Positions 32,442 through 43,701 of a DNA stretch of 64,000 nt are shown one piece after another (position 1 is the first letter of the stretch; each line of letters starts with the position of its first letter). A model generated the notes under the pieces. That model made no database searches, had not been told where the DNA came from, and saw only the letters and a program-made list of their open reading frames with translations. Both the position numbers and the translations under genes were made by a program. Origin of the DNA: Octopus sinensis (taxonomy: Eukaryota); contig NC_042997.1 in assembly GCF_006345805.1 (NCBI RefSeq), positions 178,684,001 through 178,748,000 on the forward strand, given 5' to 3'.

Positions 32442-33137
32442 AATCAAGCAAATATAGATAACTACGACTCTGATGAATTTGAACTCAGAATTAGAGAGAC
32501 GCAAGATAAAAACACTCTGAGATATAAATTACTGCGTTTCCACCACCCTGCAAATTCAAAGAATTCGAATCAGTGCACAAAATAACGAAATACTTGATAA
32601 CTAGCAGAAACCGTGAAAATTCCACAGGTTCTTCAAAAGTTATTTGATAGTTGGAGGCTTAATAAGAATCATGAAATAGATTTTGAATAAAATTTATATT
32701 TTTTTCTGAAATATTTGCTTCTTGAGATGGTGTAAAGTCAACATAGTACTGAAAGTAAAATCTTAGGGGAAAACATCTGTTATATACATATGACACCTTT
32801 CATACCATGAAAATAGATAATTTATTATATTTATCCTTATGTCATCAAATAAATAATCTAATCTATGGACAGAAATCTTTGACATGATCTATCTATGATA
32901 ATTAGCTAAAGTAGGACTACTTATTTTCGTATCAGCGAAAAGTGCACATATCTGGAATCCACAGTCCTAGTGACTGAACTACAGTAGCTGCCTTACTGAG
33001 GTGTGAATTTCTAAACACACGTGTAACACACAGACACACACACTCCCCCGAACCCACACATATACACACACATTACACATTTTTTTAGAAATTCACACTT
33101 TAGTGAGGCAGCTGCTCTACTTCATACACACACACAC

Positions 33138-33172
<35 letters not shown>

Positions 33173-33354
33173 CATTCATGCACACTCACGTATACACACA
33201 CAAGAATTTATATATATACATGTATATAAATATCTCTCTCTCCCTCTCTCTGTATATATCTATATCTATCTATATATTGTATGCATATATACATACATAA
33301 CATACATACATACATATACATACATACATATATACATACATACATTATATAATA

Positions 33355-33409
<55 letters not shown>

Positions 33410-33468
33410 TATATGGGAGTATCGTAGTTCGCTTGAAGCATGGTATATTGGTTGTAAAAAAACGTCTT

Positions 33469-33723
33469 GAACGGCACAACAATGCACTCTAATGACAACA
33501 ATAGACTATAATAACTGTTATAATTTAATCATCGATATTCTGATATAATATATCAGTATATAAAAATTGTTCTTCAGATATCCCTAGGATAGCAGTGACT
33601 CGATCAATTCTAAGGGATATCTGAAGAAGGAATATTTATATCGAAATATTATATCAGACTATGGATGATTAATTATAACAGTTATTATAGTCCATTGTTG
33701 TTATAGTGCATGTTGTGCCATTC
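33469..33723. repeat. About 255-bp foldback element
   Basis: Perfect blocks 33504-33525/33671-33692 (22 bp) and 33570-33585/33613-33628 (16 bp); loop 33586-33612. Confidence 0.92.
33616..33655 (+). ncRNA. Minimal hammerhead-like motif with intact CUGAAGA core
   Basis: GATAT-CTGAAGA-AGGAATATTTATATC-GAA-ATAT-T-ATATC. Stem II is weak and the context AT-rich. Confidence 0.5.
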
Positions 33724-33774
33724 GATTCACATTATGCATATATGTATATATATATATAGATATATCTATATATA

Positions 33775-33834
<60 letters not shown>

Positions 33835-33951
33835 TATATGTATCTATATAATATCTATATGCATATATGTATATATATATTATCTATATGCATATATATA
33901 TATATGCATATATTATATGCATTATATGTATATATATATAATGCATATATG

Positions 33952-33987
<36 letters not shown>

Positions 33988-34128
33988 ATATGCATATATA
34001 TATATACATATATGTATATATATATATGCATATATGTATATATATATATAACATACATATATAATATATTACATACATATATATATATATATATACATAC
34101 TATATATATTATTTACATACATATATAT

Positions 34129-34162
<34 letters not shown>

Positions 34163-34281
34163 TATACATACATACATATATATACATATATATACATACA
34201 TACATATACATATATACATACATAATATATATACATATACATACATACATACATATATATATACATACATATTATACAATA

Positions 34282-34339
<58 letters not shown>

Positions 34340-34560
34340 TATGTTTGTATGTATGTATGTATGTATGTATATTACTGAAAACAAAGAGGAGAGTAGAGAT
34401 TTATTCACATCCAAAACATTTTATTAAAAATGTTTTCTATAGCATATATAACAATGACCAACATTTGTTTCACTTGCAGTAATTACACATTGCTCCGTAT
34501 GCAATTATTCATCCTCGTCACTGCAATTTCATCAAGAGTCCATCCCGACGCTTTCAATTA

Positions 34561-34967
34561 ATTGATACGGAAAAGAGACTGTTCTGGAAACTTTATTAAT
34601 CACAACGATCGTTTCGGCATACTTCTACAACACTCCGTAGTGGGAGGGGAACGGCATTATGAAATTTAATTCCCCCTACAGTACAGACGTAATCTCATTT
34701 GGGGACATTATATATTTCTAAGTTATAAAATTTTCGCTCATATCTGTACCTATCAATGAAATGTAAATTTTATAACTTAAAATCCTGTATCGAAATGTAA
34801 ATTTTATAACTTAGAAGCCCCGTATGTCCCCTGATGAGATTTCTTCTGCGCTATGAGGTGCATGCGATTGTATCCTTTCCCCATCAACTAGTGAGCAGTA
34901 CAGTTGTGTGCCGAAACGATCGTTGTGATAAATAAAGATTCCAGTACACCCTGTCTTCCGTATCAAT
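34561..34967. repeat. About 400-bp foldback element with nested inverted and tandem repeats
   Basis: Perfect blocks 34561-34572/34956-34967, 34599-34619/34909-34929 and 34716-34733/34799-34816; 22-bp tandem repeat at 34758 and 34792. Confidence 0.9.
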
Positions 34968-35099
34968 CATTTAGAGTATACTCAACGTGCACAGAAAAAT
35001 TCTTAACGTAGATCCCTACAACCAAACTCCATTTACCGCGAGTGATGCCTGGTAGCCGTAAGTGGGACACACCTAAATAAGGTTTGGATGACAAATTTT

Positions 35100-35492
35100 G
35101 GTTGTATGGTAAGTAGCTTGTTTACCAACCACATGGTTCCGGGTTCATTCCTACTGCATGGCACCTTGGGCAAGTGTCTTCTACTATATCCTCGGGCCGA
35201 CCAAAGCCTTCTGAGTCGATTTGGTAGATGGAAACTGAAAGAATCCCGTCGTATATATGTATGCGTGTGTGTATATGTGTATGTGTGTGTGTTTGTGTGT
35301 CTGTGTTTGTTCCCCCAACAGCGCTTGACAACCGATGCTGGTGTGTTTACGTCCCCGTAACCTAGCGGTTCGGCAAAAAGAGGCCGATAGAATAAGTACA
35401 AGGCTTCCAAAGAATAAGTCCTTGGGTCGATCTGCTCGACTAAAGGCGGTGCTCCAGCATGACCGCAGTCAAATGGCTGAAACAAGTAAAAT
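35100..35492 (+). mobile_element. tRNA-derived SINE (family B), bipartite with internal (TG)n
   Basis: Head GGTAAGTAGCTTG..CCACATGGTTCCGGGTTC; conserved GGCACCTTGGGCAAGTGTCTTCTACTATA..GGGCCGACCAAAGCC; tail ending GACTGAAACAAGTAAAA-like. Homologous to the copies at 41589, 50230 and 50905. Confidence 0.85.
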
Positions 35493-36013
35493 AGTATCTA
35501 AACTTAAATCTTAATTATGTGTGTGTGTGTGTAAAGGCAGTTGTCCTGCGATAAATATAAATGTTGTGTATAACGTATTGCAAATTCACTTGTGCTCCAG
35601 AATTACAACGTTGGCTATAATAGACCGCTGCAGATGCCTAATGGTTTCTGCCATCGCCTGATACGAATTTACAACTGGATTACATTAGCCTTATAAATAT
35701 ATTCCTAGTAGTCTCCCTTGATTTTCTTGCATCGAATTACTCGTTTAGATAAAGACTTTTTCTTAGCCCTCATTAACTAAAATTTCTTGCTCAGGCGTGT
35801 TAGCATCCATTATATTATTAATTTTCGGAGCGCAACAGATATCCTCGAATATTTCTCCACACGTCTATATTTTGCAGAGATATATCATAGTCGGTGATAG
35901 AATGTAACTTATCAATCACTCGACAGTTAGTCCGACATGCCCAGGACACTTATAAACGTTAGAAAAATATCAGGTAAACATGAAGCATATATGCAACATA
36001 TGGATATACTTAC

Positions 36014-36129
36014 AGTCTTGAGAAATTGTGGCACTTCCCCTCGGGGTCCATAAAAGGCCATGTTGACGACAAGGACGTTTAAGAAAGAAGACAAAGTGAT
36101 AATCACCATGTTGAAGCAGTAGTAAATAC
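36014..36129 (-). CDS. nAChR subunit, 116-nt exon: M3 and start of the cytoplasmic loop
   Basis: Acceptor tttcttttcag|GT, phase 1, matches the previous exon; reads (G)IYYCFNMVIITLSSFLNVLVVNMAFYGPRGEVPQFLKT; phase-0 donor ACT|GTAAGT at 36013. Confidence 0.95.
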
Positions 36130-36994
36130 CTGAAAAGAAACAGAGAATATAAACCTACATGAAGAGACAAAGGAAAAATGTATCAGTGTAAACAATATAT
36201 TACAGTTCAAATTTATTCTTTACGTTCACTGCTGATGATTTTTCACGTATTATTTGTGTAAGCAAGTGGCAATAATGAATAATTTCAGGATTAATCATTT
36301 TTGCTGGCTGAATGGACTAGAGCAACGTGAAATGAAGTATTTTTCTAAAGAAAATAACGCATCGTTTTGTCCAGGAAACGAAAACCACAAATTTACGGTC
36401 ATTAATGCAACTTCCTTAACACCAAACCACAGGCCTTACACCTATTACAAGAACGCTGTTTAAATTGTCACAATTATTCACAGGTCCAATTACTCGTTGC
36501 TGTTAATTAAAATTGACTTTTTTTTAATAAAGATGTAAAAGTGGTTTGGCCTGGAACATATTAAGAGTGGATGTGTTGCAGTTTCATTTTTGTATGTGCA
36601 ACATGATGCGGATAATTCTTGACGCGAACGCACGCAAACAGACACGTACACACACTACGCATATATATACATACGTACACATGCATATAATATGTATATA
36701 TATTATATATACACACACACATATTTGTATATCTCTCTATATATATGTACGAATATGTATATAATAAAATATAAAACGATATAGCATATATGTGTGTGCA
36801 CGCGTGTGTTAGTGTGGTAGCGCGTGTGTCAACGAGTCCACCAAATTCAAGTTCGACTTTTTTTTATATTAAGGATATTTTATATCTCTTCCTGTTTGTA
36901 TAGTTTACAACAATAACATTCCTAAACGTATTGAGCCATTGATGTCAGTGGAGCTTTACAGTCGCATCGTTAGAACAAAGAGATGATAATAATG

Positions 36995-37425
36995 CTTTCT
37001 ACTGTAGGCACGAGGCCTGAAATTTGGGTGGGTGGGGGTTGGGGACGAGGAATAGTCGATCACACCAATCCCAGTATTCAACTGATACTTATTTTATCGA
37101 CCTCGAAAGTATGAAAGGCATAGTCAACTTCAGAATTTGAAGTCAGAACATAATGACGGACAAAATGCCGCTAAGCATATTGCCCGGCGTGTTAAAGATT
37201 CTTATTTCTTTATTGCCCAAACATAGAGTGAACAAACAAGGACAGACAAAGGCATTAAGTCGATTACATCGACCCCAGTGCGTAACTGGTACTTCATTTA
37301 TCGTTCCCAAAAGGCTGAAAGGCAAAGTCGATCTCGGCGGAATTTGAACTCAGAACGTAGCGGCAGACGAAATACCGCTAAGCATTTCGCCCAGCGTGCT
37401 AACGTTTCTGCCAGCTCGTCGACTT
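36995..37425 (-). mobile_element. Two adjacent family A SINEs (two 3'-tail subfamilies)
   Basis: 36995-37200 and 37201-37425; the second has the ACAAACAAGGACAGACAAA tail also seen at 53113-53341. Confidence 0.85.
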
Positions 37426-39084
37426 AAGTGATGGTAATAGTTGGATCGTTCTTTGCGCACTTTGCTGTCGGCTGCTGAGGAATATCTCAATATTATTGTC
37501 ATATTGTAAATTCAAATCTGAATTCAAAATCTGACACTGTTGTGGCTTCTAGTTTTTCACCAGAACCTATAAAGCCCAGTGCTCGGTGAAAGGGATTATG
37601 GCCACCAAGAATTTAGGGAGATTCGTCTATGTTAGAAATTATCTTTTCATGTTTTGTTTGTAATGGATTGTGTGTGGCAAAATGGTAGGACATTCGAGAA
37701 AATATCTGACAAAGTAATTTTCCAAAACATTAGTCGTTTTCATTTAGCACCAAACTTATTAACAGCTATAAAAGCTCTCGCCTTCTATTTAGTTACGTGA
37801 TTTTAGATTCTGATTTAAAATCCTGTTTGGATTTCTATTCTGCTAGTAATCCTTCCGAAATATATGCAATATATACATCCATCCATCCATCCACCCATCC
37901 ATATATATGTATATATATATATATATTATATATATATATATATATATAATATATATATATATATGTTAGAGTGCTACAATATGCATTCTGTTTAATGCGA
38001 TGTATCTTTATAGTGATGCGTGAAACTGTAGTATTGTTGCAGATAAAGCGCTGTTTGACTAAATGCTTTGAAGTATTTAATAATATTCTTTTATGCCCAA
38101 TTTCAAATTCCTTCTGGATTGTAATTTTCCTTTATGCCTATGGTATCTAAAATAATTACTCATCATGAATTGTGGATAATACAAGAGAGGCGAACTTGGG
38201 ACCTTACTATTTAAGAAATCAGTATTACATGAAGAGATCTATTTTGTAAATTTTCATGTTATCTTTCGGCATATTAGCTTGCAGTATGCAAACATTTCGC
38301 TAAGTAAATCTACTAAAGTGTTTTCATAAAGTGATACTAATCACTTAGTAACAATCACAGTTGATACACCAACTTGGTTTACGTTGATAAATTATCTTGT
38401 CGTCTATTGGCAAATGAATATATTATTTATTTGCAGAGCGTACAGGTTTTTAACTTAAGGAAGATTTTAATGGTAAATTGAAATGTGACAGACATATGTG
38501 GTGTAATTATCAGATGGGTAGAAACATTAGCACAATCTGTTCGTTGGCTGACATTTGATCTAAACGTCCAATGAAACAGGATCTACAAATGTTGAATAGT
38601 CGTATTAATAACTATGGAGAATTTTAATATGCTGTGACAAGCCGAGCAGATTAAATCATTGATTTGTTTTTGACAAATTTAAGCTATCTTGGTATTTCTC
38701 ATTTGGAAAGAACCTTTATATGTTAACAACAGAAAAATATATAAAATAATATCGAAAGTGCCAGTTTTCCAACACATTAGGTGCTTTTAGGCAGTCTATT
38801 AATAAGAAATAAATTAGAATGGTAATTTGCTCTCAATGAATCGTAGTAATGTTTGTTGAGGAGAAAATTCAACCGGGAATAGGTAAGCCGAGAGAAAATA
38901 TGAATTTAAGAAAATGTTAATAAAAAAGAAGTATAAATAACAAAACGTACAAATTTAAAAGCTTTTGATTTTCGACAGAATTCAGAATTTTAGATTCAAT
39001 TAAACGGTTAAGGACATTACTTAGAAAGTGAATGTATTGAATGTGACATCTGGACATTTTTATGGGTCGTTGTTTGTTGAAACA

Positions 39085-39133
<49 letters not shown>

Positions 39134-39389
39134 ACACACACACACACAACACACACATACACAAATACACTATCTGTATGTTACAAAGAGAGAGAAATAC
39201 TTGGGAAAGTATTTTTTCATATTGTTTTCAGTTTTGAAAACCGTGGAACAATTTAATTTCCTTCCTACTCTTCGAACAAAGTGAAAAAGTGGGAATTACC
39301 ACACTAATAAACAACACGGTTGCTATTTAAAAGAACTCATATTAGCTTACAGACCTATAATATACAGATATAAAAGTAGCATGAGCTAC

Positions 39390-39433
<44 letters not shown>

Positions 39434-39465
39434 GTAGCTCATACCACTTTATATATATATATATA

Positions 39466-40407
39466 CGACAGAGAATCAAAAATTATATACGCACTCTAGA
39501 TTTTTACACAAAAGCAGCGGTTAGACAAGTACATTATTTTTCTATATAATCGCCATCTTTTTCGATGCACTTGATCCAGCTTAATCCATTTGCGTAATGG
39601 TTTCAACGGTCTGAGCGGCCGTGTTTGGGCGTGCTTTATCATCCAACAAGAAAATTTTCTTAGACAATAGGCTTCGGCATTTGGTGCGAATTGCTGGCTT
39701 CAGTTTGTTGGACAGCAAAGCACTCTATCCTGTACTGTTGATCGTACATCCCTTTTCTAGGTAGTCTTCCAGTATAGGCCATTTGATTCCCAAAAAAGTG
39801 TTAGCATCACTTCTCCCGCAGAAGACTGAGCCTTGAATTTCTTTGTCGCTGGTGAGCCAGGATGTTTCCACTTAATACTTTTTCTGCCTCATATAGATGG
39901 ACCCACATTTTAACTGTGACTATTGTGCTCACAAATTCATCGCCCTCATTGATGTAGCGATCGGGTGAATGTTAACAGGCTTCAGGACGTTTGTGCTTGC
40001 GCTCTTTAGTAAGCTCTCTTGACACACATCTGGCATAGACTTTATGGAAGCCGAGCAAAACCATGACTAATCTGCAGAGAGCGAGCTGCCTCATCGAAAA
40101 TAACTTGGCGGTTCAGTGGTTAAGGTTGACGGGCTTCCCCGTATTGTGCTAAAATCCTCCGATGAATTTCAGCACCTGACACACCTTTGAGCAGAGAAAT
40201 CGGATCACTGGTCTTTGTTCTTTTTGGTGCACATTGCGAGTGGAGCGGCCCTGCTTATACTGTAAAGTTAGACAGAAAAATGGCGCTTTCAGGTTCAAAT
40301 TTCGAACACGTGACTACAATAGTACCAACTATAAGAACGCATGCACAGAAGGCAGAGAATAAAGATATGTTATGTCGATAGTGCAGATAATGTTTGACTA
40401 CCCTTCG
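39466..40407 (-). mobile_element. Decayed, internally deleted mariner transposon with both termini
   Basis: Minus-strand pieces LGFHKVYARCVSRELT, WKHPGSPATKKFK, KLKPAIRTKCR..LLSKKIFLLDDKARPNT and WIKCIEKDGDYIEK, with stops and frameshifts. Diverged TIRs TA-CGACAGAGAATCAAAAATTAT and TA-CGAAGGGTAGTCAAACATTAT; TA on both sides within (TA)n. Confidence 0.9.
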
Positions 40408-40687
40408 TATATATATATATACACACATATAATATATATACACATATAATATATATATACATAATACACATACATATATAATATATACACACACACATAT
40501 ATATATATTATATTATATATATATACATATATATATATACATACATATAGAAACTGTACAATATATATATACAGTATCTATATATATTTATCCTATATAT
40601 TTGTATATAATATATATATATATATATGTACATATATAATATACATATATATAATATATATATAATACGAATATATATATATTATAT

Positions 40688-40742
<55 letters not shown>

Positions 40743-40794
40743 TATAGTACATATATATAATATATGTATATAATATATATATATGTATATATTC

Positions 40795-41010
40795 AAAATC
40801 TGACCGCGTGTGTACCGTTGGCGATTTTTTCCCTCTGTCTTCCCTCCTCTGGATCTTTCCTTCTCCTCGACGAAGAGCTCCGCTCGAAACGTTAAACCCT
40901 CCGTCTTCCCTTCCTTCCTGAGCGTCCAATAATACTATATTTGTTCCACGTCCTCGCGTTTTCGTGTTTTCTCTTTGTGTTTTCATGTTTGGATCAACTA
41001 TGTATACCCC
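40795..41010 (+). mobile_element. Penelope-like/retrozyme-like LTR fragment, related family
   Basis: GACGAAGAGCTCCGCTCGAAACGTT hammerhead-like motif within a CT-rich unit next to (TA)n. Confidence 0.5.
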
Positions 41011-41482
41011 CTTTTTTGATAACAATATAATGCTTTCTCTCCAAGAATTTGAACTGCAGTTTTTACCTCTGTAGAAATGGAATGCTCTATGACTCACGTG
41101 GGCGGACAGGGAGAATAATAGATCTTATTCGTATTTTTGGATTCGCTAGTACTGGGTGTCTGGCATGGTTTGTCCGATGTTACAGATATCGGACGGGTAT
41201 GTTTGATTCTTAGTATTTTCAAATCTAAATCAGAAGAAATATCTGAGCTGATGAAGGAAAAGTGGCGTTTTACCCACAAATCCAGAAACAGACTGTCCTC
41301 GGGTATCGTATATGGATGTGATCTTTCATTGTTTTTCCCTTATACCTATGTGAGATATTTTTCTGAGTATGCATTGTCTGGAGACTTTTATTTGCAGTTG
41401 AAGAAATAGCCAAATTTTTGGCTGCTATTTCTGAAAAGTTCGGTGTGTGGTAAAGTGATTTCTTTTACTTTACCATATTTTT

Positions 41483-41544
<62 letters not shown>

Positions 41545-41588
41545 TATATATATATATATATAATATATATATATACATATATATATAT

Positions 41589-42150
41589 ATGTGGCTGTGT
41601 AGCAAAAAGTTTTCCTCTCAGTCACACGGTTCTGGTTCAATCCCCCTCTTCGGCACATTGGGCAAATGTATTTCGCTATATCCTCAGGCTGATCAAATCC
41701 TTGTGAGTAGATTTGGTAGGCGGAAATTGAAAGAAGACCATTATATATATATGAGTAAATATATATATATATATATATATATATAGATATATATATATAA
41801 TATATATATATATATTATATATATATATATGTATAATATATGTATATATACACACACACACACACAAACAAATTATATATATATATATATATATATACAT
41901 ACATATACACAAATATATACATATATACATATAGATATATATTATATATATTTGTGCCTCTGTCTGTGTTTGTGCCCACATGGCTCGACAACCGATGTTG
42001 GTCTGTTTACGACTCTGTTAACTAGCGATGCGACAAAAGAAACCGATATAATATCTAATAGTCTTACAAGGGATAAATTTCTGTTGTCGATTTGTGCAAA
42101 TAAAGGCGAGCCTCCAATATGGTCGTAGTCAAATGACTGAAACAATGAAA
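41589..42150 (+). mobile_element. Family B SINE, diverged, with expanded internal microsatellite
   Basis: Head 41589-41745 and tail 41960-42150 both align by eye to the 35100 copy. Confidence 0.75.
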
Positions 42151-42189
42151 GAATATACATACCTATATATCATATATATGCGTATATAT

Positions 42190-42258
<69 letters not shown>

Positions 42259-42419
42259 TCAAAATGAGGGTGAAAAATTTGATATTAATTTGATAACATC
42301 AATTTTAACACCAGTGGTCTAGCATATATATAATATATATATATATTATATCTATAAATAATATATATACATATAATATATGCATAACACATATACATAT
42401 AATATATATATATACATGT

Positions 42420-42486
<67 letters not shown>

Positions 42487-42667
42487 CTTAATAATTAGGG
42501 TTCAGCTATTATTTGCTTTACCACATACCAAAGTTTAGAAATAACAGCCAAAATATCATAGCTATTTCTTCTACTTTAAAAAGGGACTCCTAGAGAAACC
42601 AAAATACTTGAAAACAATTCACACAGGCAGAGAGTAAAGCAACTAAAATCAGTCTATATCTGGTCAT

Positions 42668-42748
42668 CCATGGACGCGCGTTTCGGAATTAGGTTGGCAT
42701 AAAGAATATAGAATTATACTTTACCAACCATTTTCCTTATCAGCATGG
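42668..42748 (-). ncRNA. Type-I hammerhead-ribozyme-like motif (G8A variant)
   Basis: CCATG-CTGATAA-[GGAA..GGTTGG.TAAAG / CTTTA..CCAACC..TTCC]-GAA-ACGCGCGT-C-CATGG. All three stems pair; GUC cleavage triplet. Confidence 0.75.
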
Positions 42749-43264
42749 CATTCCTCAATAATTCGAGGGTACTGGAATAATTGAATATATCTCTCCACCT
42801 AACGGTATCAGACAGATCATATTCAGTGTTAGTACCGCCAAACTCAAAATATGAATGAGGTTCGTTTAGCTTCCCCCGCCCATCCGCGTGTGTCTTCAAG
42901 TAAAATACTACAGAAAAAAACCTGCAGTTTGTGACAGACAAACACACATACACATATATATATATGTGAACAAAAATTATCTATTGATATTTCTTTATGA
43001 ATGTTCATCACGGTAACGTGTACAGAATTTTTGTAGAGAGAGAGACGGTGACTGGATATTATCAACATTTCAGCTTGCCCTGGTAGCTTACGGTATTTTA
43101 AAAATTTGAAGCAATACCTACATGATGTAGAAAACCAGAAGTACTGTAGTGTTGTTCTATATATCACTGCTCAACCACTTCATTGTACGTGTATTGAATA
43201 TGTACAATCACATATAAAGATTTGCGTTTGAAAAATGATTCCATTTTCATGGCCATTATATATA

Positions 43265-43320
<56 letters not shown>

Positions 43321-43416
43321 TCAATAATAATATAGGGTGAAATTAATTAATTTGGAATAATCATCAATTTCACCAAGTAGATTTCGGCATGTAAAAGCCC
43401 CATTCAAGGAAGGTTT

Positions 43417-43658
43417 AAGTAATAGTAAGTAATTAAGGGTTAGCAACGATTTGCCTCACCACACACCGAATTTAGAAATAGCAGTCAAAGAGTTTTGGCT
43501 ATTCTTTCTACTACCGAATTTAGAAATAGCAGTCAAAGAGTTTTGGCTATTCTTTCTACTTAAGTAGAAAGAATAGCCAAAACTCTTTGACTGCTATTCT
43601 AAATTCGGTGTGTGGTGAGGCAAATCGTTGCTAAACCCTTAATTACTTAGTATTACTT
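43417..43658. repeat. Spacerless palindrome with a 48-bp tandem duplication in one arm
   Basis: Centre CTACTTAAGTAG at 43556-43567; 43465-43512 is identical to 43513-43560. Confidence 0.95.

Positions 43659-43701
<43 letters not shown>

Noticed and set aside
42844-43167. ORF containing YCF...SVHVTVMNIH, superficially like an M3 end
   Set aside because: The acceptor at about 43118 gives a stop in the required phase, the sequence is not hydrophobic enough, and a much better M3 exon exists at 36014-36129.
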